Source: a virus (taxonomy: Duplodnaviria > Caudoviricetes). Taken from it: DNA of 55,697 bases. Of this stretch, positions 9,530 to 18,335 are shown piece after piece. The stretch covers positions 1 through 55,697 of the IMG/VR virus record IMGVR_UViG_3300018432_000007; one strand, given 5' to 3'. The notes under the pieces are model-generated. The model saw nothing but the letters and a program-made list of their open reading frames with translations. It was not told where the DNA came from and did no database searches. The translations under genes were made by a program, and so were the position numbers. Each line of letters starts with the position of its first letter. Within the stretch, counting starts at the first letter, position 1.

Positions 9530-9951
9530 GGGGTCTCTTCTCCTCGGGCGCGGCGTCGCGCCAGGATCTTCTCGGATGCGCGCAGCGCGAACGGGCTCGG
9601 GGCCTCGACGTCGGCCAGGCCGTGCTCGGCAGCCGCGCGGCCGGACTCGAACAGGGGTATGAGGGTGGTGTATTCGTGCAGGGCGTCCACCTGCTCGGGG
9701 GTGAGCCGGCCGGTGGACTCGGCCAGGCGCACACCGAGGGACTGCGTCATGTCGTGGCAGCCCACCCACCCGGCACACATCCGGCCGTCCACCTGGTGGC
9801 ACATGAACACCCCGAGCGGCTGCAGCGCGGTGTCCTCGTCGTACGCGGGCAACTTCTCGTACTCGACGCGTTCCCAGACCCCTGACGGGACGTCGGTGCG
9901 GTATGGGCACGAGCCGCATGGCGCAGCAGCCGGGGGCAGTATCTCGGTCAT
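9526..9951 (-). CDS. DUF6283-like protein
   Basis: 'PC.SCPYR.DVPSGVW...EY.KL..YD' and 'F.CHQ....CAGW'. Confidence 0.75.
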   Translation of the reverse strand: MTEILPPAAAPCGSCPYRTDVPSGVWERVEYEKLPAYDEDTALQPLGVFMCHQVDGRMCAGWVGCHDMTQSLGVRLAESTGRLTPEQVDALHEYTTLIPLFESGRAAAEHGLADVEAPSPFALRASEKILARRRARGEETP

Positions 9952-10121
9952 CGGGTCATCCCTTCCCAGTTCGCGGGGTCGAGCGTCCCGCCCATCAGCA
10001 TCGCGAGCAGCAGCGACAGGAACGCCGTGGCCAGCGTCGCGACGGCCCAGAGCACGATCTGACCCAGGATCCACAGCACGGCCACGAGGATCCCGCCGTG
10101 CAGCGGGGTGCGGCTACCCAT
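9948..10121 (-). CDS. Small membrane protein (57 aa)
   Basis: Hand translation: MGSRTPLHGGILVAVLWILGQIVLWAVATLATAFLSLLLAMLMGG... Confidence 0.55.
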   Translation of the reverse strand: MGSRTPLHGGILVAVLWILGQIVLWAVATLATAFLSLLLAMLMGGTLDPANWEGMTR

Positions 10122-10305
10122 CTACGGTCTTCCGGTAGTCGTCCGGGCTGAGGTACGTGACGCAGACCTCGCCCGGAACCGACCAGTCGACATCCACGAT
10201 CTGCTGGTTGTCGTCGAGCATGAAAGCGCCCGAGTACGCGCCGACGTACTCGGGGTCCTCCTCGGCGTTGTAGTCGGTGCTGAACCACGCCCGGTGCAGG
10301 CGCAT
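10114..10305 (-). CDS. Small acidic protein
   Basis: MRLHRAWFSTDYNAEED...; fits the operon. Confidence 0.55.
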   Translation of the reverse strand: MRLHRAWFSTDYNAEEDPEYVGAYSGAFMLDDNQQIVDVDWSVPGEVCVTYLSPDDYRKTVDG

Positions 10306-10316
10306 ACGTCGGCGGG

Positions 10317-10469
10317 TCACTGCGGGCCCAGGGGCCGCACGAGCCACAGCGCGACGTCGCTCGCGGCGACGACGGCGTCAGCGACGATCTGCCCGTGGCC
10401 GGTCGCGATCGCGATCGCGACGGCGCTCGATCCGATGGTCAGGGCCCAGTTCTTCCAGCTGGTGTCCAC
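10317..10469 (-). CDS. Small hydrophobic protein (50 aa), first gene of the leftward operon
   Basis: GAGGAGG SD before GTG; MDTSWKNWALTIGSSAVAIAIA... Confidence 0.55.
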   Translation of the reverse strand: MDTSWKNWALTIGSSAVAIAIATGHGQIVADAVVAASDVALWLVRPLGPQ

Positions 10470-10509
10470 GGTGGGGACCTCCTCGGGTTCGTGTGCGTGT
10501 GGTGCACCC

Positions 10510-10545
10510 CATAGTTTGCCACATCCATGTGGGGCGTGCGACCAT
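10510..10545. promoter_or_regulatory. Divergent promoter region with operator palindrome CCACATCCATGTGG (10519-10532)
   Basis: Matches the consensus CCACAYNNRTGTGG of eight other promoters; possible rightward TTGCCA-18-GACCAT. Confidence 0.6.
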
Positions 10546-10582
10546 TGGTGTGGAACTGCACCACTATTGAGAGGGGCCTGGC

Positions 10583-10828
10583 ATGGATGCGCTCACCAAG
10601 GTCACAGAGCTGTCAGAGGAAGCCGAACTAGCTGAGGAGCGGTACAAGGCCGCGCTGGCTGCTCGGGATGACGCGATCTGGCGAGCACGGACCACGCGCT
10701 ACGAGCCTGATGGCCCGGCCAAGTACGGGCCCGGTGTCATCGCCAAGGCCGCGAACCTGACCCCCGAGCATGTCCGCCGGATCTGCAACGCAGAGGGCCG
10801 CAAGCACGTCGGCGAGAGCACGGACTGA
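10583..10828 (+). CDS. Small HTH DNA-binding protein
   Basis: 'RDDAIWRA...G..VIAKAANLTPEHVRRI' HTH pattern. Confidence 0.7.
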   Translation: MDALTKVTELSEEAELAEERYKAALAARDDAIWRARTTRYEPDGPAKYGPGVIAKAANLTPEHVRRICNAEGRKHVGESTD

Positions 10829-10936
10829 GAACTAGCGCGACCCCCACGGATGCCGATCACGTGAGGGTCGCGAGCCTGATGGCGACAGGCGTCTACAACT
10901 GTAGGCGCCACCAATCCGTTATGAGAGGTGGAGCCC

Positions 10937-11305
10937 ATGCTCTATGACATCACCGCGATCGCGGTCTGCGTGGTCGCGCTCGTGTTCATCCTGTGGGACG
11001 GGCACATCAGCAAGGTGGAGTCCTACGTACTGGCGGTGTGCTGCCTGGTCCTGGGCGCCACGTCCTGGGTCGTGGACCTCCTGCAGGGGACGGTGTTCGC
11101 GGCCGAGTGGAACGCCTACGTCGTCGCTGCGGTGCTCGCGCTGCTCGTGATCTGGAAAGGCCCCGCCGGGAAGGTGAAGGGCTTCCTCCTGATGCTGTGC
11201 GCGCTCGTGCTCGGCTCCACGGCGGTCGTGACCACCATCCTGCCCCCGATCGTGAACATGATCATCGGCGCGATCGGCGCGTTCTTCGTCGGCATGTTCA
11301 GTTGA
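10937..11305 (+). CDS. Small multi-pass membrane protein (Spd/transfer-accessory-like)
   Basis: About 4 hydrophobic segments; lies immediately upstream of the FtsK gene. Confidence 0.7.
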   Translation: MLYDITAIAVCVVALVFILWDGHISKVESYVLAVCCLVLGATSWVVDLLQGTVFAAEWNAYVVAAVLALLVIWKGPAGKVKGFLLMLCALVLGSTAVVTTILPPIVNMIIGAIGAFFVGMFS

Positions 11306-11439
11306 CCCGCAGGGCGTAGTACCGAAAGTCAGGGGCCCCGCGCGGGTGTGGACCGGCAGGAATCACACACCGCACGGGGCCCTAGCCCTTTCGGAAGAAA
11401 CAACCCCCACACGCACATGTGAGAAAGGACGTTCCACCG

Positions 11440-13644
11440 ATGGCTAACGATGCTGTGTCGACTGGAGACACGCAAGACGGACCCGACGAGGACGCGCGAG
11501 CGCTGCAGACCGCTGCGGACGCGCTCGCGGAGATCGGCACGGACCTGTTCATCAGCGACGACGGCGCCGTGACCGTGCAGGACCCGAACGAGGTGGCCTA
11601 CCTCGGCACCCTGACGGGCCCTGGGACGTGGGACTGGGAGGAGGATCGCCCGGACGCGCAGCGGATCGAGCCGCAGCACGCCGCGCAGATCGGCGCCGAG
11701 CTCGCGGTGGTCGACGAGCGCGTCGAGCCGCCCATCCCCGAGCGCGCGCAGGTCGTGCCCGCGTGGGCGACGGACGGGCGGGTGCTGCTGCCCTGGATCG
11801 GGGGTCGCACGGTCGACGGAGCGGCCCTTGCGGCGTTCCACGTCATCCGGGCGCCCTGGTACGCGCTGCGTGGCCTGACGGGCGTTGTACGCGGTGTGGG
11901 CCGGTGGATCGCCCGCACCGAGGACGACGAGCAGCACAAGGCAGACCTCGCCGCTGCCGGGTCGCTCAAGGCACGTGGCCGGCTGCGCGCCGTGCGCACC
12001 CGGGGCCGTGCCGTGCGGTTCGTCGCCTCGATGCTCCCGGTAGGTGCGATCGCCGCATGGCTGGAGTTCGGCCAGTGGGGCATCGTCCCGGCCGTGACGT
12101 GCACCGCGGCGTTCCTCGGGCTGGCGATCGGCGGGTGGCGTGCGTCGCACGTCGAGCGCACGCCGCGCGAGGCTGCGGCGATGCGCCGCAAGGTCCCCGC
12201 GCTGAGCCGCCCGTTCGTGTCCGAGGCGCTGGCGATCGTCGGCTGCGGCCCAGTGCCGATGCCGTCCGGCGGCATGGCGGGTCCTGTGGTGGTGTCGTCC
12301 TCCCCCGCGCGTGGCGGTGAGGTGATGGTGATCGACCTTCCCCCGGGCGTCGCCGTCTCGCGGCTGCTCAAGAAGCACGAGGAGTTCGCGCACGCGCTCG
12401 GGCGCCCCGCTGAGTGCGTCGTGATCGAGCCCCTGCCGCGCGTGTCCCCCGGCCGGTTCGAGCTGTTCGTGGCGTCCAAGCGCCTCGACGAGAAGGACCC
12501 ACCGCGGTGGGCGTGGCGCGACGGCAAGCGGCGTTCGTTCTTCGACGGTGTCCCCGTCGGTGTCGACGCACGCGGCCGGGAGGTGATCGTGCCGCTGTTC
12601 GAGGCCAACGGGCTGATCGCCGGTGCGACCGGCATGGGCAAGTCGTACACGGCGCGGCTGCTGCTCATGGGCGCCGCTCTGGACCCGACGGTTCGCCTGA
12701 TGATCCACAACCTGCGCGGCGGTCCCGACTACCGGGCGTTCGCGTCGGTCGCGCACACCCTGCGCGCCGGGTCGTCCGCTGCGGATCTCGATGCGCTGGC
12801 GGCTGACCTGGCGTGGATGCAGGCCGAGATCGAGCGTCGTGGCCGGGTGCTGGCGTCCCTGCCGGCGTCCGAGGTGCCCGAGTCCAAGCTCACGCCGGAG
12901 ATCGCCGCGCGCGAGGGCATGGGCCCGGTGATCCTGCTGGTGGACGAGGCACAGCGGGCGTTCATCTCCCGCATCGGGAAGCAGCTCGCCGTCCAGTTCG
13001 AGGACGTGGTGCGCACGGGCCGCGCCGTCGGGATGGACGTGCAGCTGGTCACGCAGGGCACCAAGGACGGGGCGATCCCGTCCGGGATCATGGACCAGCT
13101 GGTGCGCCGGATCGGGCACGGCGTGACGACGATCTCGGACGCGAACCTGATCCTCGGGTCCGACGCGCACGGGCGCACCCACCGCGCTGTCGACATCGAG
13201 GCGCCGGGCATCGCGTACGTGGGCACCGCCGGCGGGCAGATGGTCAAGGCCGCGATCGCCAAGGTGGACCTGCCCGACGTCGAGCGGATCGTGGCGCACG
13301 CCCACAAGCTGCGCAGCGCGGCCGGGACGCTGTCCGGGATGGCTGCGGGCGACGTCGCGCCGGACGAGCACGACGGCAGCGCGGCCTCGTTCCTGCACGA
13401 CGTGCTCGGGGTGTGGCCCACCGAGGGAGGCAAGCCGCGGCGTAACGCGCTGTCGGCCGAGCTCGCCGGGTACCTGATCGAGTGCGACGCGGACGAGTAC
13501 GGCGCGATCGATGGCCCGGACGTGTCGCGGCGCATGACCGATGCCGGGGTCAAGGTGTCCTCTCAGCGCACGCCAGCGGGCGACGGGCGGGGCGTGAAGC
13601 ACGCGGACGTCTCCCAGGCAGCGAGCGCCCTCGACGGGCCCTAG
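11440..13644 (+). CDS. FtsK/SpoIIIE DNA translocase resembling Streptomyces plasmid/AICE TraB
   Basis: N-terminal TM pair, Walker A GATGMGKS, Walker B ILLVDEAQ, LVTQ, and a C-terminal wHTH-like 'GVKVSSQR...GRGV' end. Confidence 0.85.
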   Translation: MANDAVSTGDTQDGPDEDARALQTAADALAEIGTDLFISDDGAVTVQDPNEVAYLGTLTGPGTWDWEEDRPDAQRIEPQHAAQIGAELAVVDERVEPPIPERAQVVPAWATDGRVLLPWIGGRTVDGAALAAFHVIRAPWYALRGLTGVVRGVGRWIARTEDDEQHKADLAAAGSLKARGRLRAVRTRGRAVRFVASMLPVGAIAAWLEFGQWGIVPAVTCTAAFLGLAIGGWRASHVERTPREAAAMRRKVPALSRPFVSEALAIVGCGPVPMPSGGMAGPVVVSSSPARGGEVMVIDLPPGVAVSRLLKKHEEFAHALGRPAECVVIEPLPRVSPGRFELFVASKRLDEKDPPRWAWRDGKRRSFFDGVPVGVDARGREVIVPLFEANGLIAGATGMGKSYTARLLLMGAALDPTVRLMIHNLRGGPDYRAFASVAHTLRAGSSAADLDALAADLAWMQAEIERRGRVLASLPASEVPESKLTPEIAAREGMGPVILLVDEAQRAFISRIGKQLAVQFEDVVRTGRAVGMDVQLVTQGTKDGAIPSGIMDQLVRRIGHGVTTISDANLILGSDAHGRTHRAVDIEAPGIAYVGTAGGQMVKAAIAKVDLPDVERIVAHAHKLRSAAGTLSGMAAGDVAPDEHDGSAASFLHDVLGVWPTEGGKPRRNALSAELAGYLIECDADEYGAIDGPDVSRRMTDAGVKVSSQRTPAGDGRGVKHADVSQAASALDGP

Positions 13645-13680
13645 GATCGCCGCAGGGTCGTTCCTCACGAGCGCCCAACT

Positions 13681-13725
13681 CAGCAGAGAACCCCCCGTGC
13701 CTGGTGCACGGGGGGTTCTCTGCTG
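13681..13725. terminator. Bidirectional terminator-like hairpin
   Basis: Perfect 20-bp stem CAGCAGAGAACCCCCCGTGC/GCACGGGGGGTTCTCTGCTG between convergent genes. Confidence 0.85.
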
Positions 13726-13733
13726 CTCGGGGC

Positions 13734-13901
13734 CTACTCGTCGTCTGCTTCCTCGACGTCGTATCCGGGGCCGGTGACGGTCACGCTCTTGATGCCGGGA
13801 TCGGTGTCGACGTAGCCCTGGTAGCGGGCGATCGTGGCCGGGTCGAACGACTCGAACGACCGTTCGCCGCCGTTGCGCCACTTCACAGTGACAGTTGCCA
13901 T
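13734..13901 (-). CDS. Small acidic protein (55 aa)
   Basis: GAGGA SD; MATVTVKWRNGGE... Confidence 0.6.
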   Translation of the reverse strand: MATVTVKWRNGGERSFESFDPATIARYQGYVDTDPGIKSVTVTGPGYDVEEADDE

Positions 13902-13963
13902 GGTGTTCCTCGTCTCTGGTGGGGGTCCTTCCTCAGTGTCGCCGGGGTGCCACGGGTCACCGG

Positions 13964-14419
13964 TCACTTGGCCACGAGCGGCATGTACGCGCTGATCTCG
14001 CCGCGCAGGGCGTCCTCGGCGATGAGCCGGGCCTGGATGGCCTGCAGTCCACCACCGCGCGTGGACTCGGCACGCATCGCGTTCTCCCAGTTCATGGCGG
14101 CGTTCAGGACCCGGGCAACAGCGTGGTTGGCGTCGCTGGGCTCGCGCGTCTCGGCGTCGGGCAGTGACGGTGGGGTGCACGGCGTGCCGGGCTCCAGCTC
14201 GTGCAGGAGCCACCAGCCCATCTCTACGCACTGGTACGTGTGCGCCATAGCCGGCAGCGTCTGCCCGAGGTCGCGGCGCCAGTCGGGGCCCACGTGATCC
14301 TCGAACGCGGCCTGCACGTTCGCGAGCGGCGTCCCCGCCTGTACTCCGTTGATCCGGCGCACGGCGGCGTGCACGTCGGTGACCAGGTGCCTGATGGCCT
14401 CGGGGTTGGTGTTCGTCAT
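13964..14419 (-). CDS. Hypothetical protein
   Basis: GGAGGA SD; MTNTNPEAIRH... Confidence 0.65.
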   Translation of the reverse strand: MTNTNPEAIRHLVTDVHAAVRRINGVQAGTPLANVQAAFEDHVGPDWRRDLGQTLPAMAHTYQCVEMGWWLLHELEPGTPCTPPSLPDAETREPSDANHAVARVLNAAMNWENAMRAESTRGGGLQAIQARLIAEDALRGEISAYMPLVAK

Positions 14420-14630
14420 GGTTCCTCCGGTGGGTGTGGTGGTGCGGGGTTGGGGTGGGTGATTCGGGATTCCGGAATCGGGAGCAGCCGTCCATGTCAG
14501 AGATCCGACGCGACGATGAGCCCTATCCATACGAGGAACACGAGGGCGACAGTCAGCCTGCCCTTGAAGGTGCTGGAGCGGCGCATGAGCTCGTACCCCA
14601 CGAGACCGACCAGGATTACCACCACGGTGG

Positions 14631-15032
14631 TCATGGGACCTGCACCATGGTCGCGATGACGCGGGCGGCGAACCGCTCGCGCAGCCGCCGGGGCAGGTAC
14701 GGGACCATGGATGCGATGTGCTCGACGTCGAGCCGCTTGAGCATCGCGACGTGCGCCTGCCAGAGCTTGGCGACGTCGGACGGCGCTGGTACGAACCAGG
14801 TGCAGCCGCAGTCCGGCTGCCCGACGTAGGACATGCACCGAACGTCCTCCGGGGTGCTGCCGACGTGCCGGTTGTGGGCGCATCCGCACGTGCAGTTCAT
14901 GGTGGACGGGTAGCCGTCCAGGTGACAGATCCGGCCAAGATCGCGCTCATCGGTGAGCATGACGTGCGCGCGCAGTCCCTCGACGACGCGGGCCAGGGTC
15001 TCGATGTCCGGTGGTCGTGGTGTGGTGGTCAT
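14631..15032 (-). CDS. Hypothetical protein with CTCGC..H...C...CGC cluster
   Basis: GGAGGA SD; Cys/His cluster. Confidence 0.65.
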   Translation of the reverse strand: MTTTPRPPDIETLARVVEGLRAHVMLTDERDLGRICHLDGYPSTMNCTCGCAHNRHVGSTPEDVRCMSYVGQPDCGCTWFVPAPSDVAKLWQAHVAMLKRLDVEHIASMVPYLPRRLRERFAARVIATMVQVP

Positions 15033-15210
15033 GGTTCCTCCGTGGTGTGTGGTCAGTGCAGGGTGCGGGTCAGCACGAACAGTGCGTAGCTCGCGACGAT
15101 CAGGTAGCCACTCCCGGGGGTGCGGAGCGACCAGCGAGCGATGTGGTGACAGATCCAGATGAGCACGTACAGCAGTCCCAGGAACGCGATCAGGACAGAC
15201 AGGCGCTCGA

Positions 15211-15678
15211 TCACGGCGTGGTGTCGGTGGCGGCAGTGAGCGCCGCGAGCATGGCGCGCTTCTCGGCCTCGATCTTGTCCAGGTCGATCTCGAAATACTC
15301 CGCGAGGACCTGCTGCGTGCTCTTGGTGATCGGGACCATGCGCGGCTCGGCCCAGTCGTGGAACTGCTTGTACTCGCCCAGGATGTAGGGCGTCCCGTCC
15401 AGGAACGCACCGATCGTCTCGGCGTCGGCTATGACGGCTTCCTGCTTCGCGTGCTCGGGGTAATCGCCCGGGCGGATGCTGCTGGTCATGGTGGCGTGCT
15501 CCTCGTCTGCTGGTTCGGGTATGTGCCGCAGGGCCCGGACGAGCCCTGCGGCAGCGTCCTGGTCCATCTCGATGTGAAAGTGATCAGTGTGCGGGTAGCG
15601 GTTCGTCCAGATCCTGCCGCCGGTGTGTTCCGCGAGCAGGTTGCGGAGCACGATCGCGGCCTCGTGGCTGGTCTGCAC
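15211..15678 (-). CDS. Hypothetical protein (possible internal start MTSSIRP near 15489)
   Basis: Phage-like C-terminus 'LAEYFEIDLDKIEAEKRAML'. Confidence 0.55.
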   Translation of the reverse strand: MQTSHEAAIVLRNLLAEHTGGRIWTNRYPHTDHFHIEMDQDAAAGLVRALRHIPEPADEEHATMTSSIRPGDYPEHAKQEAVIADAETIGAFLDGTPYILGEYKQFHDWAEPRMVPITKSTQQVLAEYFEIDLDKIEAEKRAMLAALTAATDTTP

Positions 15679-15810
15679 ACGGGACAGGCGTTCCTGTAGT
15701 TGCTCGCGTGTCGGGCGTTCGTCGTCGCTGATTGGGTCCTCCCCGGGGTGGTGGGCCTGCCATGCACTACGGCCCGGGACCCTGGTGGGGGTCGCGGGCC
15801 GGGGAGCGTG

Positions 15811-16212
15811 TCAGGAGCCGTAGTAGGCGCGGATGATCTCGAACATCTCGGCCGGGCTGACGGGCTCGTCGTGGCAGTCGGCGGGGTCGTCAGCATCGAT
15901 GTGCAGGGTGACGGACGTGGTCCGGTCGAAGAAGTACAGGGCGATGTGGTCCTCGTCGTCCTGGTGCAGGAACACGCCGCGCGCCTTGCCGTCCCGGCCG
16001 CAGTTGATCTCCTCGATCGCGACCCCGGCGGGGATGATCCGCTCGATGGCCTGGGCGGCGATGATGCCCCGCTCCCTACCGGACGCGATCGCCTTGTTGT
16101 TCAGGATCGCGAGCAGGTCGGTGGACGGCGTCTGGAAGGGGAGCAGCCCGGCATCGAGCGCGGTGACCAGGTCTACGTCGTGGGTGACCGGGGCGGTGGT
16201 GGTGATCGTCAT
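15811..16212 (-). CDS. Hypothetical protein behind promoter cassette A
   Basis: ATG follows the cassette SD GGGAG. Confidence 0.7.
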   Translation of the reverse strand: MTITTTAPVTHDVDLVTALDAGLLPFQTPSTDLLAILNNKAIASGRERGIIAAQAIERIIPAGVAIEEINCGRDGKARGVFLHQDDEDHIALYFFDRTTSVTLHIDADDPADCHDEPVSPAEMFEIIRAYYGS

Positions 16213-16284
16213 GGTGACTCCCGTGGTGTCCGGACCGGGCCCGTTGCCCTGATCTCGTACCCTCAATCTACCACATCCGTGTCT
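16213..16284 (-). promoter_or_regulatory. Promoter-hairpin cassette A
   Basis: Imperfect operator, TGG-TAGATT, hairpin GATC-A-GGGC-aacgg-GCCC-GGTC (16233-16254), SD. Confidence 0.8.
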
Positions 16285-16351
16285 CATGCGTACACATACG
16301 TGTGGCGCCCGCAGCGGGAGCCGCGAGCGCCACAGTGGGCCATCGGGTCGG

Positions 16352-16909
16352 TCAGTAGCGGGCGCCGGGCTGCTCGACCAGCGTCACGGCGTCAACGGCC
16401 CGCAGTTCCGTGCGGTGGTCGGCGAACTGGATCACCAGGTAGGCACCGAACATGTCCACCTGCACACCCTCACGTCCGGTCATGTTGTCGCGGACGTGGG
16501 TCGCTGTCGGGCTGGTGACCCGCTGGGCGTACGCAGTGGCGCGGCGCGCGGCCGGGGCGCCGGTGACGGACCAGAACTGCACGGTTGCCCGCTCGATCGC
16601 GGCAGCCTCGGGGACGCAGGTGTGCAGGCTGGGAGCGTCGTGCACGCCGCACTTCTCGCAGGGTCGCGGCGAGTCGTCGAACTCGGTCACGATGATGTGG
16701 ACCGGCGAGCCGGTGGACGGCTTGAACGTCCACACCCCGTCCTCGTTGTACGACACGGACGCGGTCCGCTGCTCGTCGCGGGTGAGCGCGACGGATGCAG
16801 CCAGTTCAGCGGCGGTGACAGCGTCGGGTGCGGCGTACCGGCGCTCGGGCGTTCCCTGCAGGCGCTTGCCGTTGGTGCCGACCTGGACCGTGGTGTAGAT
16901 GCTCATCAT
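16352..16909 (-). CDS. Hypothetical protein; N-terminal domain paralogous to 18332..19237
   Basis: MSIYTTVQVGTNGKRLQGTPERRY...DGVWTFKP. Confidence 0.7.
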   Translation of the reverse strand: MMSIYTTVQVGTNGKRLQGTPERRYAAPDAVTAAELAASVALTRDEQRTASVSYNEDGVWTFKPSTGSPVHIIVTEFDDSPRPCEKCGVHDAPSLHTCVPEAAAIERATVQFWSVTGAPAARRATAYAQRVTSPTATHVRDNMTGREGVQVDMFGAYLVIQFADHRTELRAVDAVTLVEQPGARY

Positions 16910-16982
16910 GTCTCCCGTGGTGACCGGGTCGGGACCGTCTCCCTGACCTCTGAAAGAACAGTACCACATGCATGTGGGGTCA
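16910..16982 (-). promoter_or_regulatory. Promoter-hairpin cassette B
   Basis: CCACATGCATGTGG (16964-16977), TACTGT, hairpin GGTC-A-GGGA-gacgg-TCCC-GACC (16927-16948), SD GGGAG. Confidence 0.85.
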
Positions 16983-18335
16983 TGCGGCCATGCCGTTCCT
17001 GACCTGCTCGCGCAGCGCCAGGAGATGACGCACAGCTGCAGCAGCCTGGTGCGGAACGACGCCGTTGCCGAGCGCTTTCAGCGCATCGTTCCGCGAGATC
17101 GGCATCGTCCGGCGTGCGACCGAACCGCGGTGACCGACCGGCCGCGTGTCCCCGCCGGCTCGACGCTGCTGCAGCCGGGCACGCCACGCCTCGACGCTCT
17201 CACCTGTCACCCATCCGTCTGGGAGGCCCATCATCCACTCGACGAATCGCGGCGACAGGCGCGCAGCTCCCCCCTTCCCCGTTGCCTCGGTGGGGTCAGG
17301 TGCGGGACGCCCCAGGATCGACTCCCAGCGGGCCACGGCTGGGGCGTACTGGCGGAACCGGTGCGTCACCGCGCTGGGCAGCATCCGGTCGCCGGACGAG
17401 CCGCGCTGGTTCGGTCCCCCCTTGGTCCCGTCCGTAGCCCGGGGTGTGGGGAGCATGCGCAGCGCCTCGATCGCGAGGGACTTCCCGTGCCCGTTGCCGT
17501 TGCCGTGCGCCGACTTCATGCGTGCTGTCCAGGCGTCCCAGTCCGCGACCGCCTTGCCCGCTCCCATGTCGTTCACCGCCGGCGTCGGGAGCAGGGTCAC
17601 GGCTTCCGTACGAGCCGACCCACTGCCTCGTGCAGCGAGTCCCCGCCCGTCCCAGGCCGGTTCATCCGTGCGTAGTCCGGGCCACTGCTGCCCAGTTTCG
17701 CCTCGGGAGTCGGCAGCAGGCCAGGCAAGGACGAAGACTCGGAACCGCCCGTGAGGGGCGCCGACGTCGGAAGCGCGTACGCCCGTCCACCCAGCGTCAT
17801 ACCCGAGCTCGGCCAGGTCTCCGAGTACACGACCGAGTGCCCGCATAGGGTCTCCTCCGGCCTCTCCCATGCAGAAGTCGCAGCGTTCCAGGTGGCCAGT
17901 AGTTGCGGGGGCGTTGAGTGCTCCACGGACGTTCTCCCATACGACGAGTTGCGGGCGGATGATGTCTACGGCGTCACACATCGAGGCCCAGAGCCCCGAG
18001 CGGGTCCCTGGGCGCATCCCGGCGCGGTGACCGGCGTTGCTGAGGTCCTGGCACGGTGAGCCGCCCGAGACGACGTCTACGGGCTCGACCGCTGACCAGT
18101 CCACCTGGGTGACGTCACCGAGGTTCGGCACGCCGGGGAACCTGGTGGCGAGCACGTGGGACGGGGCGCGGTCTACCTCGGCAACCCAGGACGTCTCGAC
18201 GTCGAGCACCTGGGCCAGGCCCAGTTCCAAGCCGCCGTACCCCGCGAACAGGGCACCGGCCTTGAGGCGTCGCGGATATGGGCGAGCCCCCGTCCGGCTC
18301 TGGATGAGCCGGACGGGGGCGTGCCTGCTGATCAC
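16980..18335 (-). CDS. C5-cytosine DNA methyltransferase
   Basis: Motif I FAGYGG, IV GSPCQD, VI ENV, VIII PH.R.R.F, X LGNGVV; LPTP repeats in the variable region. Confidence 0.92.
   Translation of the reverse strand: MISRHAPVRLIQSRTGARPYPRRLKAGALFAGYGGLELGLAQVLDVETSWVAEVDRAPSHVLATRFPGVPNLGDVTQVDWSAVEPVDVVSGGSPCQDLSNAGHRAGMRPGTRSGLWASMCDAVDIIRPQLVVWENVRGALNAPATTGHLERCDFCMGEAGGDPMRALGRVLGDLAELGYDAGWTGVRASDVGAPHGRFRVFVLAWPAADSRGETGQQWPGLRTDEPAWDGRGLAARGSGSARTEAVTLLPTPAVNDMGAGKAVADWDAWTARMKSAHGNGNGHGKSLAIEALRMLPTPRATDGTKGGPNQRGSSGDRMLPSAVTHRFRQYAPAVARWESILGRPAPDPTEATGKGGAARLSPRFVEWMMGLPDGWVTGESVEAWRARLQQRRAGGDTRPVGHRGSVARRTMPISRNDALKALGNGVVPHQAAAAVRHLLALREQVRNGMAA
17597..17926 (-). CDS. Alternative-frame ORF nested in the methyltransferase
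   Basis: 'SETWPSSGMT..G.AY.LP...SSS..LLPTP' signature of overlapping phage methylase partner ORFs. Confidence 0.5.
   Translation of the reverse strand: MEHSTPPQLLATWNAATSAWERPEETLCGHSVVYSETWPSSGMTLGGRAYALPTSAPLTGGSESSSLPGLLPTPEAKLGSSGPDYARMNRPGTGGDSLHEAVGRLVRKP

Noticed and set aside
13645-13740. clt-type 8-bp repeat array downstream of the TraB-like gene
   Set aside because: Only a terminator hairpin is present; no direct repeats seen
11329-13881. 850-aa minus-strand ORF (and similar long ORFs at 20608-22245, 38979-40313, 43774-45840, 7383-8882)
   Set aside because: Antisense shadows of real genes, expected in high-GC DNA; Arg/Ala/Ser-rich with no motifs
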